Under the pieces are notes generated by a model, which worked only from the letters and a program-made list of their open reading frames with translations, searched no databases and had not been told where the DNA came from. Source: a bacterium (lineage in GTDB: Bacteria > Methylomirabilota > Methylomirabilia > CAVQYV01). From it: a stretch of DNA of 20,159 nt. Shown piece by piece: positions 9,541 to 17,805 of the stretch. The stretch spans positions 1 to 20,159 of the forward strand of contig JAZDMQ010000129.1 of NCBI GenBank assembly GCA_043800755.1, in the 5' to 3' direction. A program made the translations under genes and the position numbers. Every line of letters begins with the position of its first letter. Within the stretch, counting starts at the first letter, position 1.

Positions 9541-10175
9541 TGAGTAAGGGTCGGCGGGTTTTCCGGGCTGGGAGAGGCGGTGAGTCTAAAAATCGAGAGG
9601 GCCTCACGGAGCCGCGAAATCTGGACCTCCAGCGCCGAGACCCGGCGTTGGATCTCTTCGCTTTGGGGGACCTGAGATCCGCAAAGCGCGACCAGGGCGG
9701 CTTGGGCCCTTTCGACCTCTTCCACCGCGTGATTGGCCTTTTGCATCTGTCCATCCAAAAAGGCCAGGGCCCGATTGAATTCGGCCCCCACCTCTTGGAG
9801 CTCATCGTGCTTTCGCAGGTGGATTCGCAAGGATAGGTTGCCCTGCCCCACCTCCTGAAGAGTTCGCTCAAAACGATAGATGGGACCGGCGATCTTGTGA
9901 GATAAGACGATGGAGTAGAAGCCGATCAGGGCCATGACGGCCCCAATCGACAGCCAGATGTATTTTTCGATCGACAAGAAGAGGTGGGCCGCCTCTTGCA
10001 GAGTCGCATTCTCCGGCGGAAGATTCGAATAAAGAATGGATAGGAGGGGGGAGTAAAGGCTCAATCCCAGGAAAAGGGTGAAAGAAAAGAGAATGATGAT
10101 GATGTAGGCGAAGATCTTCCACTGCAATCTCCGCTTGACGACATAGGACCGCCTGAAGACTTTCCCTTTTTCCAT
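9537..10175 (-). CDS. Two-TM HAMP-domain membrane protein lacking an output domain
   Basis: RRSYVVKRRLQWK N-terminus, 2 TMs, SHKIAGPIYRFERTLQEVGQGNLSLRIHLRKHDELQEVGAEFN (HAMP), then a short coiled coil. RBS GAGGGGAG. ATGA overlap with the MMPL start. Confidence 0.8.
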   Translation of the reverse strand: MEKGKVFRRSYVVKRRLQWKIFAYIIIILFSFTLFLGLSLYSPLLSILYSNLPPENATLQEAAHLFLSIEKYIWLSIGAVMALIGFYSIVLSHKIAGPIYRFERTLQEVGQGNLSLRIHLRKHDELQEVGAEFNRALAFLDGQMQKANHAVEEVERAQAALVALCGSQVPQSEEIQRRVSALEVQISRLREALSIFRLTASPSPENPPTLTQ

Positions 10176-10219
10176 CTCACTCCCCTCCTCTTAGAAAAGG
10201 GCAAGCCACAACCCAGAGA

Positions 10220-10248
10220 TTAATAGCATCCCCCCTTGCTCTTGTCAA
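10220..10248 (-). promoter_or_regulatory. Sigma70-type promoter for the HAMP-MMPL-DedA-DUF47-pit operon
   Basis: Minus strand TTGACA-17 nt-TATTAA with an extended TGn, 45 nt upstream of the ATG at 10175. Confidence 0.65.
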
Positions 10249-10436
10249 CTTGTTCTATCGGCAAGATCAATCCATTCGGACTTGAAAAATGAGGGGAATG
10301 GTTCTCTCCCTCTATCGGGACAGGCGGTTTTTTGTTCCGCATAGGGGCCGAGGCACTCCTCGGGCCCGGTGCAGGGAGGGGCTTACCACGCCTTTGCCCT
10401 CGGTCTATCGAGGCAATTGGTCCGGATTCCCGCCGC

Positions 10437-11453
10437 TTACAGTTTCCTTCCCGCCGCCTCCGCGAATGGCCTTAATTCCTGCATGAGAGTGGAAAACCGT
10501 TTGGGTTTCAGCGATTGGATCCCGTCGCTGAAGGCCTCCTCGGGTCGCATGTGTACCTCGATCATGAGGCCATCCGCGCCCGCGGCAATGGCTGCCTTGG
10601 CCATCGGAGCCACATATTCCCAGTGGCCAGTGCCATGGCTGGGATCCACGAAGATGGGCAGATGGGTCAGCTTACGCAGCACTGGGACAGCATTCAGGTC
10701 CAGGGTGAAGCGGGTCTCAGTCTCGAAGGTCCGGATCCCCCTTTCGCAGAGGATTACCTCGTAATTGCCTTGGGAGAGGATGTACTCCGCAGACATCAGG
10801 TATTCTTTGATGGTGGTGGCCATGCCGCGCTTCAGGAGCACCGGCTTGTTGATTTCTCCCAGAGAGCGGAGCAAGGCGAAGTTCTGGACATTTCTGGCCC
10901 CCACTTGCAGGATGTCGGCATATTGCCCAACCAATTCCACATCCTTGGGGTTGACCACCTCGGTGACGATATAAAGGCCGGTCATCTCCTTCGCCTGGGC
11001 CAAGAGCTTGAGCCCCTCCTCTTCCAGGCCCTGGAAGGCGTAGGGTGAGGTCCTGGGCTTGAAGGCCCCCCCGCGCAGGATGCTCGCACCCGCCTCCTTG
11101 ACCGCCAGGGCGGTCTCCACGAGCTGGGCCTCGCTCTCCACCGAGCAGGGTCCGGCGATGATCGTGAGGCGATCCCCTCCGATCTCCAGGTCGCCGAGCT
11201 TGATGACGGTTCTATCCGGCTTGAATTCGCGGCTCGCCAGCTTGAAGGGCTGGAGGATGGGGACCACGCTCTCCACCCCGGGAAGGGACTCTAAGGATTG
11301 GAGGCGGGCCTTTCCCCGTTCATCCCCTATGGCCCCCACGACATTTCTCTGGGTCCCGCGAATGATATGGGGTTGATATCCTAATTCGTTGATCCTGCGA
11401 ATCACTTCCTGCAACTGCTCCTCGGGAGCCCCGGCACGCATCACGATGATCAT
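10437..11453 (-). CDS. aroF: 3-deoxy-7-phosphoheptulonate (DAHP) synthase, type I-beta with N-terminal ACT-like regulatory domain
   Basis: MIIVMR...[19 protein letters not shown] regulatory domain. Catalytic motifs [68 protein letters not shown] at 11460-11465. Confidence 0.96.
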   Translation of the reverse strand: MIIVMRAGAPEEQLQEVIRRINELGYQPHIIRGTQRNVVGAIGDERGKARLQSLESLPGVESVVPILQPFKLASREFKPDRTVIKLGDLEIGGDRLTIIAGPCSVESEAQLVETALAVKEAGASILRGGAFKPRTSPYAFQGLEEEGLKLLAQAKEMTGLYIVTEVVNPKDVELVGQYADILQVGARNVQNFALLRSLGEINKPVLLKRGMATTIKEYLMSAEYILSQGNYEVILCERGIRTFETETRFTLDLNAVPVLRKLTHLPIFVDPSHGTGHWEYVAPMAKAAIAAGADGLMIEVHMRPEEAFSDGIQSLKPKRFSTLMQELRPFAEAAGRKL

Positions 11454-11465
11454 CTTTTTCCTCCT

Positions 11466-11496
11466 AATAAAATGGCCACGGATGGTCTCCGTGGCC
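11466..11496 (-). terminator. Leader terminator 2, immediately before the aroF RBS
   Basis: Minus strand GGCCACGGA-GACCA-TCCGTGGCC (perfect 9-bp stem) followed by ATTTTATT. Confidence 0.7.
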
Positions 11497-11520
11497 TTGC
11501 AGGATGAGCGGTGTATTCCG

Positions 11521-11565
11521 AAAACCAGAAGGGGCCACGGTTTTTGCCGTCTATCCCGTGGCCCC
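11521..11565 (-). terminator. Leader terminator 1 (conditional attenuator hairpin)
   Basis: Minus strand GGGGCCACGG-(15 nt loop)-CCGTGGCCCC (perfect 10-bp stem) followed by TTCTGGTTTT. The long loop and interrupted U-tract make it atypical. Confidence 0.6.
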
Positions 11566-11615
11566 GGGGATTCAGCTAAATGGGCGTGCCTCCCGGGGAG
11601 CCGAGGGATAGACGG
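11547..11615 (-). promoter_or_regulatory. Putative antiterminator hairpin
   Basis: Minus strand CCGTCTATCCC-TCGGCTCCCCGGG (11615-11592) pairs with CCCCGGGGCCAC-GGGATAGACGG (11569-11547), including a perfect 11-bp stem. This sequesters the 5' arm of terminator 1. Confidence 0.7.
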
Positions 11616-11664
11616 TCATAAAATAGAACTGCCAACACCGTAGCTTCCCTCGTTCCTGTGCCAA
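11572..11664 (-). CDS. Putative aromatic-amino-acid attenuation leader peptide (30 aa)
   Basis: GGAGG (11677-11673), 8 nt spacer, TTG start. Translation [30 protein letters not shown]. The W-Q-F-Y-F codons (11634-11620) lie just 5' of the antiterminator arm. Confidence 0.72.
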   Translation of the reverse strand: MAQERGKLRCWQFYFMTVYPSAPREARPFS

Positions 11665-11706
11665 CGCAATTTCCTCCCTAAGTCCCTCTCCATCGAGATG
11701 TTATTT

Positions 11707-11736
11707 CCTTTATCACCCTTCTCTCCCTCTTGTCAA
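11707..11736 (-). promoter_or_regulatory. Sigma70-type promoter for the aroF leader
   Basis: Minus strand TTGACA (11736-11731), 18 nt, then TAAAGG preceded by TGn. Perfect -35 and weak -10, about 30 nt upstream of the leader RBS. Confidence 0.5.
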
Positions 11737-11822
11737 GCCCTTTTACCCGTTTATCCCCTGTTCGCCCCGCCGACCTCCATTCCTCCTCCCTTTTTCCTGC
11801 CGGGGGAATTCGGCGAAAACTC

Positions 11823-11852
11823 TTTACTCCTCACCGCTTTCATGGTAAAAAT
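11823..11852 (+). promoter_or_regulatory. Possible sigma70 promoter for the yebC-ruv-que operon
   Basis: TTTACT-17 nt-TAAAAA(T) with TGn extension. RBS AAGGAGG lies upstream of ATG 11905. Confidence 0.35.
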
Positions 11853-11904
11853 AGCAACATAGAACCTTGCGGTTGAAAGCCTTGATGAAAGGAGGGGGGC
11901 AGAC

Positions 11905-12654
11905 ATGTCAGGACACTCGAAATGGGCTGGAATCAAGCATAAGAAGGCGAAAGTGGATGCCCAGAGAGGGCGCATTTTTACGAAGTTAATCAAAGAGATC
12001 ACCGTGGCGGCCCGAGTGGGCGGCGGGGACCCGGAAGCAAACGCTCGTCTGCGCACGGCCATCCAGAACGCCAAGGCAGGCAACATGCCGCAGGAGAATA
12101 TCCAGCGAGCCATCAAGAAGGGAACCGGCGAGCTGCCTGGGGTCACCTATGAGGAATTCTCCTATGAGGGGTATGGACCAGGTGGGGTGGCGGTCCTGTT
12201 GGAGGTGATGACGGACAACCGGAATCGCACCGCCCCGGAGATCCGCAAGATCTTCGCCAAGAGCGGGGGTAATTTGGGAGAATTGGGGTGCGTGAGTTGG
12301 ATGTTTGAGAAAAAGGGCTTGATCTCCGTGGACATGAGCAAGGTCGATGAAGAAAAATTGATGACGGTTGCCCTGGACGCTAGAGCACTGGATATCAGCA
12401 CCGGGGAGTCAACCTATGATGTGACTGCCACCCCCAAGGAGTTTGAAGCGGTGAAGGGCGCGGTCGCAGCGGCGGGAATCGAGATCTCGGCAGCAGAGAT
12501 CACCATGCTCCCCCAGACCTACATCAAGCTGGACGGAAAACAGGCCCAACAAATGCTCCATCTCATGGAGGAGCTCGAAGAACATGAGGATGTCCAGAAT
12601 GTCTACGCCAATTTCGATATCCCCGAAGAGGTCATGTTGAAGATGAGCGCTTAG
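11905..12654 (+). CDS. yebC: YebC/PmpR (TACO1) family protein
   Basis: [56 protein letters not shown]. Confidence 0.97.
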   Translation: MSGHSKWAGIKHKKAKVDAQRGRIFTKLIKEITVAARVGGGDPEANARLRTAIQNAKAGNMPQENIQRAIKKGTGELPGVTYEEFSYEGYGPGGVAVLLEVMTDNRNRTAPEIRKIFAKSGGNLGELGCVSWMFEKKGLISVDMSKVDEEKLMTVALDARALDISTGESTYDVTATPKEFEAVKGAVAAAGIEISAAEITMLPQTYIKLDGKQAQQMLHLMEELEEHEDVQNVYANFDIPEEVMLKMSA

Positions 12655-12663
12655 GGAGGCCTG

Positions 12664-13161
12664 ATGTTAGTCCTGGGGATCGATCCCGGAACCCTCTGCA
12701 CGGGTTATGGGCTGGTGGATGGAGATCGGGACTCCGCTCGAGCCCTGCAACTGGGGACGATCAGGACCAGCCCCAAAGACCAGTTGCCCTTCCGCCTCCA
12801 AAAGATATATGACTCCCTGAGAGGAATCATCGATCGTTATCGGCCGGAATGGGTCGCCGTAGAATCCCCATTTGCTGCCAAGAATGTGCAGAGTGCCCTC
12901 AAGTTGGGACAATCCAAGGGGGTGGCGCTGTTGGCGGCAAGACACGGGGGGATTCCGATTGCGGAATATAGCCCCACCCAGGTCAAGTCCATGGTGGCTG
13001 GATACGGCCGGGCCGACAAGGAACAGATCCAACAGATGGTGAAAAGGACACTGGGGCTGGCCGAGCTTCCCAAGCCGGCGGATGTGGGGGACGCGCTGGC
13101 CATTGCCCTGTGTCACATCTATTGCCATTCGGGAAGGGAGAAGTTCGACCTCCGACCTTAA
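12664..13161 (+). CDS. ruvC: Holliday junction resolvase RuvC
   Basis: LGIDPG...TGYG, AVES, SALKLGQSKGV, EYSPTQVK, GYGRADKEQIQQMV, DVGDALAIALCH. Confidence 0.96.
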   Translation: MLVLGIDPGTLCTGYGLVDGDRDSARALQLGTIRTSPKDQLPFRLQKIYDSLRGIIDRYRPEWVAVESPFAAKNVQSALKLGQSKGVALLAARHGGIPIAEYSPTQVKSMVAGYGRADKEQIQQMVKRTLGLAELPKPADVGDALAIALCHIYCHSGREKFDLRP

Positions 13162-13165
13162 CCTT

Positions 13166-13768
13166 ATGATTGCCCAACTGCGAGGAAAGGTTTGCGCCAA
13201 GGCCCCCAATCTGGTCATCGTCGAGGTTGGAGGAGTCGGATTTCAGGTCTTCATTCCCCTCTCCACCTTCTATTGCCTCCCTGAACCAGGGGAGGAGGTC
13301 TTCCTCCTGACCCGCACCCACCTGAGAGAAGATGGCATCTCCCTCTACGGATTTCTCTCGGAGACGGAGAGGGCACTCTTTGATCTCCTCTGTGGGATCT
13401 CCGGGATCGGTCCTCGATTAGCCACCAATATCCTCTCTGGCATCTCCCCGGATGAGCTCATCGAAGCCCTATCCGCGGGGGATAGCGACCGCCTGCAAGC
13501 CATCCCCGGGGTAGGGAAGAAATTGGCGGGAAGGATGGCCTTGGAATTGAGGGAGAAGGTGAGGGGGATCTCAATTGGCGCGGCGCTGAAGGCGGAACCG
13601 GAGAAGGTAGAGAGGGACCAAATGGAGGACCTGGTCTCCGCCCTGGTCAATTTAGGATACCACCGCCAAAAAGCCTCCCGGGCCGCGAGCTCTGCTGTGC
13701 GGGCGGGAGGAGGTCAAATAGATTTCGAAGGGCTGATTAAAGAGGCCCTGCGGACCTTAACTTCATAA
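13166..13768 (+). CDS. ruvA: Holliday junction branch migration protein RuvA
   Basis: Start reassigned to ATG 13166 (MIAQLRGKV). [19 protein letters not shown], HhH motifs ISGIGPRLA and [17 protein letters not shown]. Confidence 0.95.
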   Translation: MIAQLRGKVCAKAPNLVIVEVGGVGFQVFIPLSTFYCLPEPGEEVFLLTRTHLREDGISLYGFLSETERALFDLLCGISGIGPRLATNILSGISPDELIEALSAGDSDRLQAIPGVGKKLAGRMALELREKVRGISIGAALKAEPEKVERDQMEDLVSALVNLGYHRQKASRAASSAVRAGGGQIDFEGLIKEALRTLTS

Positions 13769-14823
13769 TGTCTCGGCCTGAGGCTACCCGGAAGACCCAA
13801 GCGATGCCCCAAAGAATCGTCGACAAAGAGCCGTTGGAGGAGGATCGCAAGTACGATCAGACCCTGAGGCCTCATTCCTTCTCCGAGTATATCGGCCAGG
13901 AAAGGATCAAGGAGAACCTGCAGGTCTATATCGAGGCCGCCAAGGGCAGGGGGGAACCCCTGGATCACTGTCTTTTTTATGGGCCCCCGGGGCTAGGAAA
14001 GACGACCCTGGCCCACATCATCTCCGCGGAGATGCAGGTCTCTCTGCGGGGCACCTCTGGCCCCGCCATTGAAAAGACGGGAGACCTGGCGGCCATCCTC
14101 ACGAACCTCAAGGAAAACGATGTCCTCTTCATCGACGAAATCCATCGCCTGAGCCATGTGGTGGAGGAGATCCTCTATCCGGCCATGGAGGACTTCCAGT
14201 TGGACATCATCATCGGCCAGGGCCCTCACGCCCGCTCGGTCAAGCTCACCTTGCCCAAATTCACCCTGATTGGGGCTACCACCCGGGCAGGCCTATTGAC
14301 CTCCCCCCTGCGGGACCGCTTCGGGGTGGTGCATCGGCTGGATTATTATCGGGAGCAGGATATCGAATCGATCCTCCATCGAGCGGCGCGGATCATGAAG
14401 ATCTCCCTCAGCCCAGAGGGGGCTCTGACCCTGGCGGCCCGCTCCCGGGGGACCCCTAGGGTGGCGAATCGGCTGCTGCGCCGGGTCAGGGATTTTGCCG
14501 AGGTCTGGGGAAACGGGACCATCACCGAAGGTGTGGCGCGGGAGGCCCTCTCGCGCATGGAGATCGATGAAAAGGGATTCGAGGAGATGGATCGGCGCAT
14601 CCTCCTCACCATCATCGAAAAATTCTCTGGGGGGCCGGTGGGCGTGGAGACCGTGTCCGCCGCGGTAGGGGAGGAGAAGGACACGATCGAGGATGTCTAC
14701 GAGCCCTACCTGATCCAATTGGGTTATCTGGCGCGCACCCCTCGCGGTCGAACTGCCACCCGGCTGGCCTTTGAATACTTTGGCCTGCGGCCTCCTCGGA
14801 GCCTTCAGGATGAGCTACTCTGA
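13768..14823 (+). CDS. ruvB: Holliday junction branch migration helicase RuvB
   Basis: [12 protein letters not shown], Walker [10 protein letters not shown], Walker [43 protein letters not shown]. The start could alternatively be ATG 13804. Confidence 0.97.
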   Translation: MSRPEATRKTQAMPQRIVDKEPLEEDRKYDQTLRPHSFSEYIGQERIKENLQVYIEAAKGRGEPLDHCLFYGPPGLGKTTLAHIISAEMQVSLRGTSGPAIEKTGDLAAILTNLKENDVLFIDEIHRLSHVVEEILYPAMEDFQLDIIIGQGPHARSVKLTLPKFTLIGATTRAGLLTSPLRDRFGVVHRLDYYREQDIESILHRAARIMKISLSPEGALTLAARSRGTPRVANRLLRRVRDFAEVWGNGTITEGVAREALSRMEIDEKGFEEMDRRILLTIIEKFSGGPVGVETVSAAVGEEKDTIEDVYEPYLIQLGYLARTPRGRTATRLAFEYFGLRPPRSLQDELL

Positions 14824-14826
14824 GTC

Positions 14827-15405
14827 ATGAGAATCCTCATGCATCTCTGCTGCGCACCTTGCTCCACCTACAGCCTGCGGGCCTTCCGGGAAGAAGGACA
14901 CGGCCTCCTGGGATTCTTTTACAATCCCAATGTCCACCCCTTCGGCGAGTACCGGCTGCGAAGGAAGGCCATGGAGGATTATAGCCAAACCATCGGACTG
15001 CCGGTGATCTGGCCCGCCCGGCACGAGATCGAATCTTTCCTGCGGGCAGTTGCCTTTCATGAGGAGGAGCGCTGTCGCATCTGCTACCAGATTCGCCTCT
15101 CCCAGACGGCCGAGACGGCCCGGAGCCAAGGCTGTGACGAATTCAGCACCACCTTACTGATCAGCCCCTATCAGAGGCATGACCTCCTCCGGGAGGTAGG
15201 CTTGAAGGTGGCGGAAGAGCAGGGGATTCCGTTTCGTTACGCTGACCTCCGCCCCGGCTGGAAATGGAGCCGGCAGGAGGCAAGGCAGCTTGGCCTCTAT
15301 CAGCAAACCTATTGCGGTTGCCTCTTCAGCGAGAAGGAGAGGCAACTGGAGAAGACGAGGAAGAAGGGTTGGTCCCTGGCATCGACTCCATCGGCAAATT
15401 TCTGA
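14827..15405 (+). CDS. queH: Epoxyqueuosine reductase QueH (DUF208)
   Basis: HLCCAPCS, FYNPNVHPFGEY, RCRICYQIRL, FSTTLLISPYQ, LYQQTYCGCLFS. Confidence 0.93.
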   Translation: MRILMHLCCAPCSTYSLRAFREEGHGLLGFFYNPNVHPFGEYRLRRKAMEDYSQTIGLPVIWPARHEIESFLRAVAFHEEERCRICYQIRLSQTAETARSQGCDEFSTTLLISPYQRHDLLREVGLKVAEEQGIPFRYADLRPGWKWSRQEARQLGLYQQTYCGCLFSEKERQLEKTRKKGWSLASTPSANF

Positions 15406-15596
15406 TTCTCTTAGGATGCGTCTTGGCCTTCGTAGGAGGCCTCCTCTTGCTTTGGGGCAAGATTCCCCTCCTGGGAAGACTTCCCGGCGACATCGTCATC
15501 CACCAGCGGGGCTGGAGCCTCTATTTCCCCCTTGCCACCTGCATCCTCATCAGCATCCTCCTCACGCTGCTTTTTTCCCTCCTGGGGCGGAGGTGA
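15369..15596 (+). CDS. DUF2905 family small membrane protein
   Basis: IGKFLILLG...LGRLPGDIVI...YFPLATCILISILLTLL signature. Probable TTG start at 15369 after a purine-rich RBS; the exact start is uncertain. Confidence 0.85.
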   Translation: MVPGIDSIGKFLILLGCVLAFVGGLLLLWGKIPLLGRLPGDIVIHQRGWSLYFPLATCILISILLTLLFSLLGRR

Positions 15597-15604
15597 AAGG
15601 CCCC

Positions 15605-16753
15605 ATGCCTCCTCGCCTCCTCCTCTGGACCACTTTGTGTTTCCTCGTCCTGAGCCTCTGCCTCAGCCTCCCTGCCCAGGCGATGGAGGTGAGGGTCCTG
15701 ATCCTGGAATCCGCCTCCCAGCTGACGCTCTCCAGCGAGGGCACATTCAAGGTCCTGGGTGGCAACCCCTTGGACAATACCTACCAGTATCCCCCCGACC
15801 AGAAGGTCCTTATCCGGTCTGACCTCTTCGGCTTCAGGGTCGGAGGCCAGGCGGTATACGACGGTGACCTGAAGGTGGAGGCCGATTCGCCCTTCTTGAT
15901 CCAGCTAAACGACCGGGCCTACCGAGGCAGGGTGGAGATCCACAAAGAAAAGGACAAGGGGCTTCAGGCGGTCAATGTCCTCGATCTGGAAGAGTATCTG
16001 CGCGGGGTCATCAAGGAGGAGATCTCCCCCCAGTGGCCCCTGGAGGCCCTGAAGACCCAGGCGGTGGTGGCGCGCACCTTCGCACTGAGGCAGATCATGG
16101 ACAACCCGGACCAGCTATTCCACCTGAAATGCACCACCGACTCCCAGGTGTATGGGGGGAGGCAAGGAGAGGATTCGCGCTCCGATCTGGCGGTGCAGGA
16201 GACTTCAGGATTGGTATTGACCTACAAGGGAGAGCCCATTCCTGCCTTCTATCATGCAGCCTGCGGGGGCCATACTGAGGATGCCGCGGAGGTCTGGTCC
16301 TATAATCACACCTCGCTCCAGGGGGTCCTCTGCAGCTATTGTTGGACTCGTCCGGTCTACTCCTGGCAGGTCAGCCTCAAGCAGGAGGAGATCCGCCGGG
16401 CCCTCTTGCGATGGGGCTATCAGGTGGGAGAGATCGAGGCCATCACCCCCCTGGCCCGCACCAAGACCAACCGCATCCTCCGACTGGAGATCCGCCATGA
16501 CCTGGGAAGGACCCTGATGGAAGGGAAGCGATTTCGCCAGTACCTGGGATACGACCTGATTCGGAGCACCAATTTCTTCGTGAAGCGGGAGAATAGCGGC
16601 TTCTCCTTCCAGGGCAAGGGATGGGGCCACGGGGTGGGCCTTTGCCAATGGGGGGCGAAGGGCATGGCAGAGCGCGCCTTTTCTTATGAGGCGATCCTCC
16701 AGCACTATTATCCGGGCACCCGCCTCTCCCGCCTCGAGGAGATCGGGCATTGA
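15605..16753 (+). CDS. SpoIID/LytB domain protein (peptidoglycan lytic transglycosylase family)
   Basis: Signal peptide MPPRLLLWTTLCFLVLSLCLSLPAQA, YRGRVEI, VNVLDLEEYLRGVIKEE, EALKTQAVVARTFA, SQVYGG, FYHAACGGHTE, GWGHGVGLCQWGA, ILQHYYPG. Start is ATG 15605 or GTG 15593. Confidence 0.92.
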   Translation: MPPRLLLWTTLCFLVLSLCLSLPAQAMEVRVLILESASQLTLSSEGTFKVLGGNPLDNTYQYPPDQKVLIRSDLFGFRVGGQAVYDGDLKVEADSPFLIQLNDRAYRGRVEIHKEKDKGLQAVNVLDLEEYLRGVIKEEISPQWPLEALKTQAVVARTFALRQIMDNPDQLFHLKCTTDSQVYGGRQGEDSRSDLAVQETSGLVLTYKGEPIPAFYHAACGGHTEDAAEVWSYNHTSLQGVLCSYCWTRPVYSWQVSLKQEEIRRALLRWGYQVGEIEAITPLARTKTNRILRLEIRHDLGRTLMEGKRFRQYLGYDLIRSTNFFVKRENSGFSFQGKGWGHGVGLCQWGAKGMAERAFSYEAILQHYYPGTRLSRLEEIGH

Positions 16754-17805
16754 GGCTTTCTGATTTTGATTATCCGTTGCCGAAGGGCCTGATCGCCCAG
16801 GTCCCCTTGCCGAAAAGGGATGCCTCCCGGCTCATGGTCGTCCATCGGGAAGGATCCCAACTGGAACATCGATCCTTTTCCGATCTCGGCGAATTTGCTC
16901 GTCCCGGCGACCTGGTCATCCTCAACGATACCCGGGTTCGCCCCTGCCGCCTGAGGGGATGGAAGGAAGATTCCGGGGGGAAGGTGGAGGCCCTGCTCCT
17001 CAAGGAAAGGGAAAAAGGGATCTGGGAGGCCCTGCTCAAGCCCGGGAACAAGGTGAGGAAGGATCAGCAGCTCATCCTGGCCCAGGGCAGGTTGCACGCC
17101 AGGGTCCTCGATGGAGCGGGAAGGCCCCGGCGCCTTCTGCAACTCCATGCCAACGGGGACTTAGGTGAGATCTTGAGGGAATGGGGCGAGATGCCCCTGC
17201 CCCCTTACATCAAGAGGGATCCCACCTCCGGGGCCGAGGTCGGCCTGCGGCAGATGGATAAGGATCGCTATCAGACCGTCTTCGCCAAGCAGGAGGGGGC
17301 AGTGGCCGCGCCCACGGCTGGGCTTCACTTCACCCCCAGACTCCTGGAGAGACTCCGCTCAGCTGGGGTAGGCATTGCCTATCTCACCCTCCATGTGGGC
17401 CCCGGCACCTTTCAGCCGGTGAGGAGCGAGGAGATCGCTGGCCATCTCATGGAGCCGGAGGAATATATCATCCCAGACTCCACCGCGGAGGCGATTGCAG
17501 ACTGCAAGAGGCAGGGTCATCGGGTCATCGTGGTGGGGACCACCTGCGTCAGGGCCTTGGAATCCGGCGCCCGCGAAGGAGGAGCCGTCCAGCCGGGGGC
17601 CGGAGTCGCCTCTCTCTTCATCTATCCCGGCTACCGATTCAAGGTCGCCGACGCCCTGCTGACCAATTTTCACTTGCCGCGCTCCACCCTCCTCATGCTG
17701 GTTTCGGCCTTCGCCGGCCTGGAACTTTGCTGGAAGGCCTACCAGGAGGCCATTGCCCTGGGCTACCGATTTTACAGCTATGGGGATGCCATGCTGATCC
17801 TATGA
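16750..17805 (+). CDS. queA: S-adenosylmethionine:tRNA ribosyltransferase-isomerase
   Basis: [84 protein letters not shown] start overlaps the upstream stop. Confidence 0.97.
   Translation: MRLSDFDYPLPKGLIAQVPLPKRDASRLMVVHREGSQLEHRSFSDLGEFARPGDLVILNDTRVRPCRLRGWKEDSGGKVEALLLKEREKGIWEALLKPGNKVRKDQQLILAQGRLHARVLDGAGRPRRLLQLHANGDLGEILREWGEMPLPPYIKRDPTSGAEVGLRQMDKDRYQTVFAKQEGAVAAPTAGLHFTPRLLERLRSAGVGIAYLTLHVGPGTFQPVRSEEIAGHLMEPEEYIIPDSTAEAIADCKRQGHRVIVVGTTCVRALESGAREGGAVQPGAGVASLFIYPGYRFKVADALLTNFHLPRSTLLMLVSAFAGLELCWKAYQEAIALGYRFYSYGDAMLIL

Noticed and set aside
10370-10410. c-di-GMP-I riboswitch suggested by GGGCAAAG on the minus strand
   Set aside because: Lacks the GNRA-capped P2 stem and the second GCAAA/receptor motif, and lies upstream of the predicted promoter.
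11474-11615. CRISPR array or REP/MITE reading of the repeated GGCCACGG units
   Set aside because: Units are 8-11 bp, inverted and irregularly spaced, and no cas genes are present. Alternative RNA pairing explains them better.
11617-11694. Alternative ATG leader ORF on the minus strand ([25 protein letters not shown])
   Set aside because: No RBS, starts almost at the predicted transcription start, and has only scattered aromatic codons. The TTG ORF has GGAGG and the WQFYF cluster.
11460-11700. T-box riboswitch upstream of aroF
   Set aside because: No T-box consensus (GGTGGNACC) or Stem I AG/GNTG motifs are seen.
13082-13165. N-terminal extension of ruvA
   Set aside because: Lies within ruvC. 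RuvA homology begins at MIAQLRG (13166).
15290-15604. N-terminal extension of the SpoIID ORF
   Set aside because: Overlaps queH and DUF2905. The signal peptide starts at 15605 (or 15593).
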